Below, piece after piece: positions 16,679 to 25,925 of a DNA stretch of 64,000 nt; positions within the stretch are counted from its first letter, which is position 1; each line of letters begins with the position of its first letter. The notes beneath the pieces were generated by a model. It searched no databases. It had not been told where the DNA came from and was given only the letters and a program-made list of their open reading frames with translations. Both the position numbers and the translations under genes were made by a program. Source of the stretch: a virus; the IMG/VR virus record IMGVR_UViG_3300028029_000178, positions 412 through 64,411 of that record. One strand, given 5' to 3'.

Positions 16679-17689
16679 ATGGAATTTAAAGCATATCATA
16701 AAATAAGACAGTTTAAAGATATCGTAAGAGATATCCAACTCAATGCTAATTTTAAAGGTATGGGTGACGATGGAGAACCTATATACCAAGATTCTAGGAA
16801 ACCTATTTTAATGTTCTCAGGGACTGTGAAGTTACACGGAACTAATGCAGGTGTATGTTATACTTTAGCAAAAGGGGTAGTAGCTCAAAAAAGAAGCTCA
16901 TTAATACCTGCTGACCAACTACAAGCTCATTTCAGTTTTAATCAGTTTGTCCAGGTAGAGAAAAAAGATTTCTTTGAAACCCTAATGGCAAAACTATGGG
17001 CAGAAAATTGTAGGGATAATCAGCAAATAACAATTCATGGAGAATGGGCAGGTTTAGGAATACAAAAATCTGTAGGGATATCTGAACTACCTAAGAATTT
17101 TTATATTTTTGGAGTTGAGATGTATGACCCTGAGACAGACACTAAGATTTGGCTAGACCTTCCAAATCTAGAATCAGATGATAAAGTACATTTAATAACT
17201 GATTTTAAAACTTGGAGACTAGAAATAGATTTTAATTCTCCAGCTTTATCTCAAGATATTTTAGTAGAGATAACTGAATCGGTTGAGCAAAAATGCCCTG
17301 TGGCAAATAGACGAGGAATCGAAGGAATCGGAGAGGGTGTTGTATGGACTTGTTTTTGGAAAGGAGTTAAGTATATCTTTAAAGTAAAAGGTGAAAAACA
17401 TTCTGTATCTAAAGTTAAAAAATCAGCATCAGTAGATCCAGAGATAATTAAATCTATTTATGAATTTGTAGATTATGCTTGTACTCCTAATAGAATAGAG
17501 CAAGGAATTCAAGAGGTACAAGCTACAGAGAAGAGACACACCCCAGACTTACTTAGATGGGTAGCGAATGACATTATAACAGAAGAAACAGATACTTTAG
17601 TAGCTAATAACTTAGAATGGAAACAAGTTGCTAGAGAGGTATCTAATAGGATTAGACAATACTTTTTTACAAAAATAGATAAATTATGA
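16679..17689 (+). CDS. RNA ligase, Rnl2-like
   Basis: Nucleotidyltransferase motifs I KLHGTNA, III IHGEWAG, IIIa FYIFGV, IV EGVVW, V FKVK. Confidence 0.82.
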   Translation: MEFKAYHKIRQFKDIVRDIQLNANFKGMGDDGEPIYQDSRKPILMFSGTVKLHGTNAGVCYTLAKGVVAQKRSSLIPADQLQAHFSFNQFVQVEKKDFFETLMAKLWAENCRDNQQITIHGEWAGLGIQKSVGISELPKNFYIFGVEMYDPETDTKIWLDLPNLESDDKVHLITDFKTWRLEIDFNSPALSQDILVEITESVEQKCPVANRRGIEGIGEGVVWTCFWKGVKYIFKVKGEKHSVSKVKKSASVDPEIIKSIYEFVDYACTPNRIEQGIQEVQATEKRHTPDLLRWVANDIITEETDTLVANNLEWKQVAREVSNRIRQYFFTKIDKL

Positions 17690-18231
17690 AATACATCAGT
17701 ATTGACACAGAAACGACAGGTTTAAATCCAAAAACATGCCAAATACTCTCTTTTGCTGCTGTATTAGAAGATACTAGCAAGCTAGGAGTGCCAGTAGAGG
17801 AATTACCATCTATGCATATTATTTTAAACTTAGAGTTTATAAAAGGAGAACCCTTCGCTTTAAATATGAATAAGGATTTAATAGAGATTATAAAAGAGGG
17901 AAAGGATGACAGGCTTATTCCAGAGTTTAATTTGGTTACAGCTTTTAATGAATTCCTTATGAAAAATGATATAGATTTAAAGAAGATAAAAGTAGCGGGT
18001 AAAAATTTCGCTTCTTTCGATAAATTATTTATTGATAATGTAGCTTTAGATACTCCAAATTTTAGCCATAGAGTATTAGATGTTGGACCTCTTTTTCTTG
18101 ACTTTAAAAATGATAATTGGATTCCAGGATTGGATGAATGTAAAAAACGAGCAGGTATTAGTGGAGCAGTTACTCACGATGCCTTAGAAGATGCCAGAGA
18201 TGTTATTCGAGTACTAAGAACTAAATACTAA
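17686..18231 (+). CDS. DEDDh 3'-5' exonuclease (DnaQ-like)
   Basis: IDTETTG, KNFASFD, THDALEDA. Confidence 0.88.
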   Translation: MKYISIDTETTGLNPKTCQILSFAAVLEDTSKLGVPVEELPSMHIILNLEFIKGEPFALNMNKDLIEIIKEGKDDRLIPEFNLVTAFNEFLMKNDIDLKKIKVAGKNFASFDKLFIDNVALDTPNFSHRVLDVGPLFLDFKNDNWIPGLDECKKRAGISGAVTHDALEDARDVIRVLRTKY

Positions 18232-18355
18232 TGAGTACAGCCTGCTTAGTTGTATCTGAGCAAGGGGATTGGGATGACTATGTGTGGAATATACTGAATT
18301 AAAGTTTCACACTATAAAAATAGAAGAGAGAAATCTACTTCAAAACTTATAATAG

Positions 18356-19519
18356 ATGGCGATAAAAAAAATGTCAGAGGTTGTAATAGAGGCCTTTAAT
18401 GAAATAAAACTTCTACAAACAGGTAAAAAACTTTTAGTAAAAACAGGAGATCCGCTTATAGATGATCATATAGGAGGTCTTTTACCAGGAGATGCAGTTG
18501 TTATCTCTGGTCTTTCAGGTCATGGTAAAAGTGAATGGCTTTTTAGAAAAAGAGAAGATATTCTTAATATAAAAGTTAATCCCAATGCAGATAAATTTGT
18601 ATGGCTTAATTATAATCTAGAGGTAAAAATACTTAATGTTGTTTTAAGAGGCCTTAATAGAAAACTTAAAAAGAAAAAGAGAGATATACTTTTCCAAGAA
18701 TTTACACAGGAGGAAAAAAATATGGCTAATGATTATTTTGAGATGATGCAAGATGACAGGCAGTTTATTGAACAAGACCAAACCACCTCTGAAGACTTCT
18801 ATAATAGAACAAAAGCTTTTTTAGAGGAACATAAAGATAAAGATGCAGTACATATCTCTTTTGACCATGCAGCTCTAAATGCAGATAAAGATACTCAAAA
18901 AGGTATTGAAGAAATTGTAAAAGGGATAAACAGACTTAAATTAGAATTTGATAATGCATATTTTTGGATTGTAAGTCAATTAAATAGAGGTCTGCTTGGA
19001 AGAGTTGCTGAGAAGAATAATTTATCAGCCCCTAATGCAGGAGATTTGTATGCAAGTTCAACAATGGATTTTGTATCAGCCTACAATATAGTAGTATTTA
19101 ATGCTAATAAAGTTGGTATAAGTCAGTTTATGAAGGTATCTAAAAATAGATATGATTACTTATCAGACCATTTCGGAGATGAAGATAGTAAACAAAGAGT
19201 ATCTTTTAACACCTTGGGTAAGCTGTTTTTTAAAGTTCTTAAGACAAGAGAGAGTGATGTTATTTGGAAGGATTTATACATAATTGACATGGATTTATCT
19301 GATGAAGAGAGAGGGAAGCTTTCCGAGATTAAAAGAGAAAGAGAAGCACCAAAAGCCAAAGAAAAAGTAGCTAAACCTTATTTTACTCCAAAAAAATTAA
19401 AAGAAGAGGTAGTTACTTTTGTATCTCCAAATGATGCTTTTACAGAGGGAGAGGGGTCTAAAATAATTACTAGGCCTTTTAGTGAGCCTATGCCAGAGGA
19501 TAAGAGCAAACCTTTTTAA
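18356..19519 (+). CDS. DnaB-like replicative helicase
   Basis: Walker A GLSGHGKS, NLE, SFDH, VSQLNR, KTRE. Confidence 0.85.
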   Translation: MAIKKMSEVVIEAFNEIKLLQTGKKLLVKTGDPLIDDHIGGLLPGDAVVISGLSGHGKSEWLFRKREDILNIKVNPNADKFVWLNYNLEVKILNVVLRGLNRKLKKKKRDILFQEFTQEEKNMANDYFEMMQDDRQFIEQDQTTSEDFYNRTKAFLEEHKDKDAVHISFDHAALNADKDTQKGIEEIVKGINRLKLEFDNAYFWIVSQLNRGLLGRVAEKNNLSAPNAGDLYASSTMDFVSAYNIVVFNANKVGISQFMKVSKNRYDYLSDHFGDEDSKQRVSFNTLGKLFFKVLKTRESDVIWKDLYIIDMDLSDEERGKLSEIKREREAPKAKEKVAKPYFTPKKLKEEVVTFVSPNDAFTEGEGSKIITRPFSEPMPEDKSKPF

Positions 19520-19538
19520 AGTTAATATTTTGTTAAAC

Positions 19539-19567
19539 AAAAGCCAAGGATAATTTCTTTGGCTTTT
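19539..19567 (+). terminator. Intrinsic terminator
   Basis: AAAAGCCAAGGA pairs with TCTTTGGCTTTT, followed by TT. Confidence 0.75.
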
Positions 19568-19572
19568 TTGTC

Positions 19573-19580
19573 TATCTTTG
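19573..19580 (+). promoter_or_regulatory. -7 promoter element
   Basis: TATCTTTG directly after the terminator. Confidence 0.55.
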
Positions 19581-19620
19581 CTATACAATATAAAGACTTT
19601 TTTGATTATATAGAAGAACT

Positions 19621-19758
19621 ATGATTTTTATAATACTTATTATATATGGGCTGTGGTTGTATCTAAAACCATTTATAGATTTTGACTATGAGAATAGCCA
19701 AGTGTTAATTCACTACTCTTGGAGGGGAAAAAGAATGTTAAAAGTACTAAAATATTAA
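19621..19758 (+). CDS. Small membrane protein (45 aa, below ORF-track cutoff)
   Basis: MIFIILIIYGLWLYLKPFIDFDYENSQVLIHYSWRGKRMLKVLKY ends 2 nt before the next ATG. Confidence 0.55.
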   Translation: MIFIILIIYGLWLYLKPFIDFDYENSQVLIHYSWRGKRMLKVLKY

Positions 19759-19760
19759 AT

Positions 19761-20189
19761 ATGAATTTTAATAACAGTGAGGCAAAGCAAAAAATTTATA
19801 AAGTAACTGGAACCTACTTTGATGGTCCATATGTTTTAGACTCAACAGTAGATTTTGCCAATAAAGCAGATTTCGTAATATTCCAAACAGAAGATGGAGC
19901 AACTCTTACAAGTGACTCAGATTTTTGGGTTGTTTGTCTAAAAAGAATAAGCTTAGTAAGCACTAAGGCATTCTCTTACCCTAGTTTTAGTAAGAATAAA
20001 AGTAAATATCTAAGATTTTCATCTTTAGAACATGCTCAGGGTTACATTAATCTCAATAAAAAATTGTTGTGTGTAAAGGACATAAAAGATTGTCTTTCTT
20101 TAGGAGATATGACTTCTGTATATCACCATCTATTTAATTTAGCAGAAAAAAGAGCAAAAGAAGGAAGATTTTTAAATTTAAACTTATGA
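19761..20189 (+). CDS. Hypothetical protein
   Basis: Track ORF 19719..20189; the in-frame ATG at 19761 is preferred. Confidence 0.55.
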   Translation: MNFNNSEAKQKIYKVTGTYFDGPYVLDSTVDFANKADFVIFQTEDGATLTSDSDFWVVCLKRISLVSTKAFSYPSFSKNKSKYLRFSSLEHAQGYINLNKKLLCVKDIKDCLSLGDMTSVYHHLFNLAEKRAKEGRFLNLNL

Positions 20190-20545
20190 GTAAATCAAAC
20201 AAAAGTGTGTCTTTAGGTATAGAGCATGAAGATAAGGCATTAGAGAATTTAGCAGCATGTGGTAGATTACTATGTATATCAAAAAGTTATTATAGGGACT
20301 TATACACAAACAGAGAGCCCATATTTAATTCTAATATTTTTACATCCCAAGGTAAAATTTGGTTTGGAGATATAGATTTAGTCTTAGATAAAAACTCTTT
20401 GCAAAAATTAGCAAATGATATTCAAGAGAATATCTACATCTTAAATGAGATGGATGGAAGATTTGGAGCTGAAGATAGATCTTTAAAAAGTATAATAAAA
20501 GATGCTAAAGCTACCATATCTCCAGAATTTAAACTAGATTTGTAA
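20186..20545 (+). CDS. Hypothetical protein
   Basis: 119 aa; ATGA overlap with the upstream gene. Confidence 0.65.
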   Translation: MSKSNKSVSLGIEHEDKALENLAACGRLLCISKSYYRDLYTNREPIFNSNIFTSQGKIWFGDIDLVLDKNSLQKLANDIQENIYILNEMDGRFGAEDRSLKSIIKDAKATISPEFKLDL

Positions 20546-20597
20546 TATTGGAATGTACACAATATTAAAAAAGTATGCAGACGAAAATCACTAAATT

Positions 20598-22622
20598 ATG
20601 AATTTAAATAATGTATTTGTTGCCGATATAGAGACTAAGGGTCTTTTAGACGAAATTCACACAGAGGAAGATTTTCATGTACTCTCTATAGGATACCAAG
20701 ATGATAATGACCAATGGAAAATAATGTCCACAAACAAAAAAGAGGATATACTAGCTGTTTTTGAAAATCCAGATAATATAATTGTAGGACACTATTTTAT
20801 ACCCTATGATGCTGTAGCTTTAGAAAAACTATACAATTTCAAAATAAAAGCTACTATTATAGATACACTATCTATTAGTTGGTATCTTTTTAATAATGAA
20901 AGATTACATGGTTTGGCTGAATGGGGCGAGAAGTTCGGAGTTCCAAAAGTAGCAATTGATCCTGAAGAGTGGAAAACTCTTTCCTACGAAAAAGCAACAG
21001 AAAGATGTGAGCAAGATGTAAAAATCAATGTAAATCTCTGGATAAAATTTTTAACCTACCTAAGAGAATTATATGATTCAGATGAAGAGGTGTGTCGCAT
21101 TATAAAATACCTTAATTTCATAATGCAATGTAATAGAGAACAACAAAAACAAAAGATTCAGGTAGATATAGATAAAGTAAATACTAGTTTGGCTAATTTT
21201 GAAGCTTTGAAAGAGGAGAAGTATTTGGCCTTACAAAAAGTGATGCCTAAAGTGCCTAAAATTGCTACTAAGAAAAAACCTAAAATCCTCTTTAAAAAAG
21301 ATGGAAATATGTCAGCAGGTCATGTAAAATGGCTTGAATTCCTTAAAAGTATAGACCTCTCTGAAGACACAGAAGGTCCAATCGACTATGTAAAAGAACA
21401 TGTAGAATCGAACCCCAACTCTGTAAAACAGAAAAAAGAATGGCTATATGGACTTGGATGGGAGCCAGAGACTTTTGTATACAATAGAGACAAAGAAACA
21501 GGAGAGGTAGATAAAGTAGAACAAATCCTTACTCCAGATAAAGACCTATGTCCTAGTATAGTAAAACTTTTAGTTAGGGAGCCAGCTATATCTCATCTAG
21601 AGGGGATGAGCATTCTTACTCATAGAATAGGAATATTTAAAGGACTATTAAAAAATTCTGATGAAGACGGGTTTGTCATCCAAGGTGTATACCAACTAGC
21701 GAACAGTTTAAGGTGGCAGCACTCTGTTATAGTCAATTTCCCAAGGGTTACAGGAAAAGGTGATATATCTGATGGAAAATGGATTAGAGAGTGCCTAATC
21801 GCAGGAGAGGGAAATAAATTTGTACAGAGTGATTTAAGTGGTATTGAATCTAGAACTTCTGACCATTATACTTTTCACCTAAACCCTGAACTTATTAAGG
21901 AGACCTCAGAAAAATATTTCGACCCACATACTAAAATTGCTGTTGTAAGTAATCTTATGACTAAAGATGAAGAAATCTGGTTTAAATGGAAAAAAGAAAA
22001 ATCAGATAGAGCTAAAAAAGAACTAGAACCTCTTCCACCTGAGACTTTTGGAGAGATTTCAGAGGACTTTGAAAAAATAAGGAACTTAGATAAAGATGAT
22101 TCTAAGAAACTTATGGATGATTTAAAAGAAAGCAGGGCTAAAGGCAAGACAACTAATTATGCTAGTCTATATTTGGTAGGAGCTGCCACTTTAGGAAGAA
22201 ACTTAGGTATTTCTAAAAGACAAGGACAGGAGCTTATTGATGCCTATTGGAAAATTCATTGGGCTGTTAAAACAGTGTCTGAGACTTTTAAAATGAAAAC
22301 AGTAGAGGGTCAAAAATGGATTTTTTGTCCCATATCAAAATTCTGGCATCCCATACGTAATTCAAAAGATGCATTTTCAGTTGTAAATCAAAGTTCTGCT
22401 GTGTATTGTTTTAATATGTGGTTGTGGAATATTACTAATCAAGGGGTTTGGCCTATACTTCAAACACATGATGACCAGTTGCTTAGATGTAAAGAAGAGG
22501 ACACTAAAAAATATGTAGACATAACCAATAATGCTATGATTAGTGTAAATGAACAGCTTCAGCTTAATGTACCTCTTGCATGTGAGACTCAAATAGGAGA
22601 TAATTTTGCCGAGACACATTAA
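20598..22622 (+). CDS. polA: Family A DNA polymerase (T7-like) with 3'-5' exonuclease domain
   Basis: ADIETKG exo I; motif A QSDLSGIESR; motif B RAKGKTTNYASLY; motif C QTHDDQ. Confidence 0.93.
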   Translation: MNLNNVFVADIETKGLLDEIHTEEDFHVLSIGYQDDNDQWKIMSTNKKEDILAVFENPDNIIVGHYFIPYDAVALEKLYNFKIKATIIDTLSISWYLFNNERLHGLAEWGEKFGVPKVAIDPEEWKTLSYEKATERCEQDVKINVNLWIKFLTYLRELYDSDEEVCRIIKYLNFIMQCNREQQKQKIQVDIDKVNTSLANFEALKEEKYLALQKVMPKVPKIATKKKPKILFKKDGNMSAGHVKWLEFLKSIDLSEDTEGPIDYVKEHVESNPNSVKQKKEWLYGLGWEPETFVYNRDKETGEVDKVEQILTPDKDLCPSIVKLLVREPAISHLEGMSILTHRIGIFKGLLKNSDEDGFVIQGVYQLANSLRWQHSVIVNFPRVTGKGDISDGKWIRECLIAGEGNKFVQSDLSGIESRTSDHYTFHLNPELIKETSEKYFDPHTKIAVVSNLMTKDEEIWFKWKKEKSDRAKKELEPLPPETFGEISEDFEKIRNLDKDDSKKLMDDLKESRAKGKTTNYASLYLVGAATLGRNLGISKRQGQELIDAYWKIHWAVKTVSETFKMKTVEGQKWIFCPISKFWHPIRNSKDAFSVVNQSSAVYCFNMWLWNITNQGVWPILQTHDDQLLRCKEEDTKKYVDITNNAMISVNEQLQLNVPLACETQIGDNFAETH

Positions 22623-22655
22623 CTTATTTTTAACAAAAATTTAATTTATCTATTT

Positions 22656-22663
22656 TATATTTG
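22656..22663 (+). promoter_or_regulatory. -7 promoter element 3 nt before an ATG
   Basis: TATATTTG-CAT-ATG. Confidence 0.6.
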
Positions 22664-22666
22664 CAT

Positions 22667-23083
22667 ATGAGTTGGAATAAACACCCAGACTACACTAACG
22701 TTTTTATCTATGAAAAAATATTTAATAAATATACATATAGAATAGAAGTACAAGTGGAACAATATGCCAAAACTGTTCGTTTTTGGATATCTTTATCCTC
22801 TGGTAAAAAGAGAAAAGAACTAAGTGTATTTGAAGATAAACCGAATAAAAGTTTAGGTGGAATAAAGGCTTTAATATGGGCTAAAAAAGAAATTTTAAAT
22901 TTCCCCTATTGGTATACAAGAAGTTACATAACAGAAGATAAAAAATGTTTTATTTGTATTGGTTGGGAGGATAGTCGAAGAAGAAATATTTATGAGAGGC
23001 TAAAAAAAGAAGGTTTTTATTTTATGAATATAGATAAATGCAAAACATTAATAAAAGAGATAGAATATGTGGATAGTAATTAA
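22667..23083 (+). CDS. Hypothetical protein
   Basis: Track ORF 22661..23083 starts at TTG; the ATG at 22667 is preferred. Confidence 0.6.
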   Translation: MSWNKHPDYTNVFIYEKIFNKYTYRIEVQVEQYAKTVRFWISLSSGKKRKELSVFEDKPNKSLGGIKALIWAKKEILNFPYWYTRSYITEDKKCFICIGWEDSRRRNIYERLKKEGFYFMNIDKCKTLIKEIEYVDSN

Positions 23084-23225
23084 AGAGGTATTTGTACCCA
23101 CTCCCCCTATGATTGTAGGAGGTAAAAAGCATGGAGTAAACAAAATGGTTATTGATAGAGTAGTAGAAACCTTAGATGATGTTAAGTCAGGAGAAACATT
23201 TTTTAAATGTAATGTAAAAGCATGA
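23067..23225 (+). CDS. Small hypothetical protein (52 aa)
   Basis: MWIVIKEVFVPTPPMIVGGKKHG...CNVKA; overlaps the upstream stop region. Confidence 0.45.
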   Translation: MWIVIKEVFVPTPPMIVGGKKHGVNKMVIDRVVETLDDVKSGETFFKCNVKA

Positions 23226-23290
23226 CACTAAAATTAGATTTTAAAGACGTTGAATCTTTAGATGAATTAAACAAAGTAATAGAATAGATT

Positions 23291-23542
23291 ATGAAAATAT
23301 TAGTATATAACACTAAACACTGTATTGAGTATTTTAAATATGAGACTAAAGGAGAAAAACTAGCAGCCACTAAAAGTATTTTTGATGAGAATATTGGGTG
23401 GTATAGTTACCCCAAAGAAGATGATGCAATGTCTAAGACTTTAGTATAGTCTCAAGACTTAATAAAAATACATAAATTTGTTTGGATGAGATCCAATTTA
23501 GGGCATGAATACGAAGAATTAGAAATTGAAACACTTCAATAA
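23291..23542 (+). pseudogene. Hypothetical gene with an in-frame TAG at 23447-23449
   Basis: 52 codons, TAG, then 30 more open codons to a TAA 11 nt before the next gene. Confidence 0.4.
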
Positions 23543-23553
23543 ATAAAAAAGAT

Positions 23554-23889
23554 ATGAAACCTTATAAATATACTGTAGGAAAGAATGGTAAGATAACTTA
23601 TCATTACACTTTTTCAGAGTTGAGAGAATTTTTATCTTACGGCTTTAAAAATGGGAATAATGCATGGATTCTTACCAGTCAGGAAGGAGTTTTTTATAAA
23701 TATAGAGGATTTGGAACTATTGAGAGTCCAATTTATTCTTTAAGAACTATAAATATAGAGAACGATTCATTTTATAGTGGAGAGATGGCTGACCCAGAAA
23801 AAGTAGTTAATCCTCCAGGAAAAACAGACTCCCTTACTAAATCTTATAGAATGGTAATTTGGGATGTCAGAGAGTATATACAAAAATAA
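23554..23889 (+). CDS. Hypothetical protein
   Basis: 111-aa ORF with an A-rich start region. Confidence 0.6.
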   Translation: MKPYKYTVGKNGKITYHYTFSELREFLSYGFKNGNNAWILTSQEGVFYKYRGFGTIESPIYSLRTINIENDSFYSGEMADPEKVVNPPGKTDSLTKSYRMVIWDVREYIQK

Positions 23890-23901
23890 AATATAGAAAT
23901 T

Positions 23902-24258
23902 ATGTTTAATCGTAAAAAAAGTATAAGTGCTCTAAAAATAGAGTTAAAACAAAAAAAGATATTGGAACTTTTAGATGGAATGCTTATGTCAAATACTGAT
24001 ATTCATTTCTCTCCTACCTCTGATGAGTATTTTATTTTAGATAGGGACAAGCAAGTTTTTTTACTATTAAGTGGCTCTTCGATAAAAATATGCAATCATA
24101 AGTATAGATATGAAATAGCTTTATCTGGAAGAGAGGTAATAATTTTTACAAATAGAATTAGAAAATCTATATCTAGTAGGTGCACTAATATTAAAAAAGA
24201 ATTATTTAGTAATGAAATAAGTCTAATTGACCAAATAAAAGATTTATACAATGAGTAG
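23902..24258 (+). CDS. Hypothetical protein
   Basis: 118-aa ORF overlapping the thyX start. Confidence 0.6.
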   Translation: MFNRKKSISALKIELKQKKILELLDGMLMSNTDIHFSPTSDEYFILDRDKQVFLLLSGSSIKICNHKYRYEIALSGREVIIFTNRIRKSISSRCTNIKKELFSNEISLIDQIKDLYNE

Positions 24259-25210
24259 AAGTAGACATATTACATCAGAGATAGTAGCAGATTCAATTGG
24301 GCCAGAGGGAAATAGAATTACAAGTTTTGTAGTCCAAATTCCTAGGATAGTTTTAGCTGAATTCAATACCCATAGAATGCTTAGTCGTAACTCAGCCAGT
24401 TCTAGGGCAATACCTTTTAAAACAAAAATAGAGTCTATGTTTGAAGGTGCTAATGCCTCTTTATTTATGCCCTTGGCTTGGCAAAAAGACCACAAAGGAA
24501 TGCAAGGGTCTGAGTATTTTGCAGGAATAGATGTAGAAACTTTAGACAATAAATGGATAGAGTTAGGAGAGATACTTAGAGAGTATGCAGAATGGTTTAG
24601 TGCCTTTGGTGTCACAAAACAAATATGTAACAGAGTTCTTGAATTACACTCTCATCAAACTATTATTGTAACTGCTTCAGAATGGCAAAACTTTTTTGCT
24701 CTTCGGGCACATAATGCAGCAGAGATACACATACAAAAACTAGCATATAAGATGCTTGAGTCTTACAATAGTAGTACACCTAAAATTCTTAAAGAGGGAG
24801 AATGGCATATTCCTTTTGGAGACCAATTAGACGAAAACAGGTTAATTGAGTATTTACAAAAAGAAAGTGTAGCCTCAGATGAAGGTATTCAAGAACTTAA
24901 AATTAAAATAGCAACAGCTAGATGTGCAAGAGTATCTTACCTTAATTATGAAGGTACTGATGACTATGAAAAAGATGTGAAATTACATGACCAATTGATA
25001 GGTCCTCCATTCCATGCAAGTCCTTTTGAGCACTGTGCTAGAACAATGACATATTCTGAGTATTTAGGACACCATTTATCACAAGGGAAAAATGACCCTT
25101 TTGATGGAGATGTAAAACATTATTTTGGAGTCTGTGGTAATTTCAAAGGTTTTATCCAATATCGTAAAATGTTTAAAGAAGAAAATGCTACAGATAATAG
25201 AGTTATTTAA
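24251..25210 (+). CDS. thyX: Flavin-dependent thymidylate synthase
   Basis: ThyX signature AEFNTHRMLSRNSASSRAI; WQNFFALR; AQ-EI-like AAEI. Confidence 0.9.
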   Translation: MSRSRHITSEIVADSIGPEGNRITSFVVQIPRIVLAEFNTHRMLSRNSASSRAIPFKTKIESMFEGANASLFMPLAWQKDHKGMQGSEYFAGIDVETLDNKWIELGEILREYAEWFSAFGVTKQICNRVLELHSHQTIIVTASEWQNFFALRAHNAAEIHIQKLAYKMLESYNSSTPKILKEGEWHIPFGDQLDENRLIEYLQKESVASDEGIQELKIKIATARCARVSYLNYEGTDDYEKDVKLHDQLIGPPFHASPFEHCARTMTYSEYLGHHLSQGKNDPFDGDVKHYFGVCGNFKGFIQYRKMFKEENATDNRVI

Positions 25211-25283
25211 ACCTTATAATGTACCAGGGTTTAAAAATGTAATAGGAGTTTCTAATTTAGGAAATATACATCTATTAAGATAA
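25185..25283 (+). pseudogene. NUMOD4-like relic (N-terminus of an HNH homing endonuclease), 32-aa mini-ORF
   Basis: MLQIIELFKPYNVPGFKNVIGVSNLGNIHLLR resembles the NUMOD4 pattern WKxIPGY...VSNLGxV. Confidence 0.5.
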
Positions 25284-25296
25284 GAGTATAATAAAA

Positions 25297-25818
25297 ATGG
25301 GTAAAAAAATAATATTAGTAGGAAAAGCTGGGTCAGGAAAAGATTTCTTTAGAGACTTCTTGTCCAGTAAAGGAGAAAAAATAGATGTAAGTTATACCTC
25401 TAGGCCTCCAAGAGAGGGAGAAGAAGGTGGGTATACCTATAATTATATATCTAAGTTGGACTTTATTATTATGGATAGAAAAGGAGAATTCTTTGAATCT
25501 GTTGAGTTTAACACTTGGAAGTATGGTACCCATATAGACAGTTGGAAAAATAATAAAATCTTTATTATGACTCCTTCAGGCATAAAACATATACCTGAAG
25601 AGCAGTTGAGAGATTGTCTAATAGTATACTTTGATATTTCTGAAAGGGTTAGAAGAGACAGGCTTTCTAAAAGATTTGATAGCGATTCAGTTGAAAGAAG
25701 AATAGGGTCGGATGAAAAGGATTTTTCAAATTTCCTAAATTTTAATTTAAGGATAACAAATTCTTTATTCAGTTGTTCTTCTTTAAATAGTATTATACAA
25801 AAATTAGAGAAATTATGA
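25297..25818 (+). CDS. gmk: Guanylate kinase-like nucleotide kinase
   Basis: P-loop GKAGSGKD, SYTSRPPREGE..G.TY, YGT, MTPSG. Confidence 0.85.
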   Translation: MGKKIILVGKAGSGKDFFRDFLSSKGEKIDVSYTSRPPREGEEGGYTYNYISKLDFIIMDRKGEFFESVEFNTWKYGTHIDSWKNNKIFIMTPSGIKHIPEEQLRDCLIVYFDISERVRRDRLSKRFDSDSVERRIGSDEKDFSNFLNFNLRITNSLFSCSSLNSIIQKLEKL

Positions 25819-25925
25819 TAGAGGCAATAATAGGAGTACCTAACTATAATATTTCCAGGGTATGTAGAGGTAAAAGAAACTCCGCAGGAGGATATATTTG
25901 GAAATATAATAATAATAATGTATGA
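25815..25925 (+). pseudogene. NUMOD1-like relic (C-terminal DNA-binding motif of a homing endonuclease), 36-aa mini-ORF
   Basis: MIEAIIGVPNYNISRVCRGKRNSAGGYIWKYNNNNV; ATGA overlaps with both gmk and the primase gene. Confidence 0.7.

Noticed and set aside
18228-18299. 23-codon ORF MSTACLVVSEQGDWDDYVWNILN between the exonuclease and the helicase
   Set aside because: Too short and motif-free to support. It may be a gene remnant, but there is no evidence for its origin.
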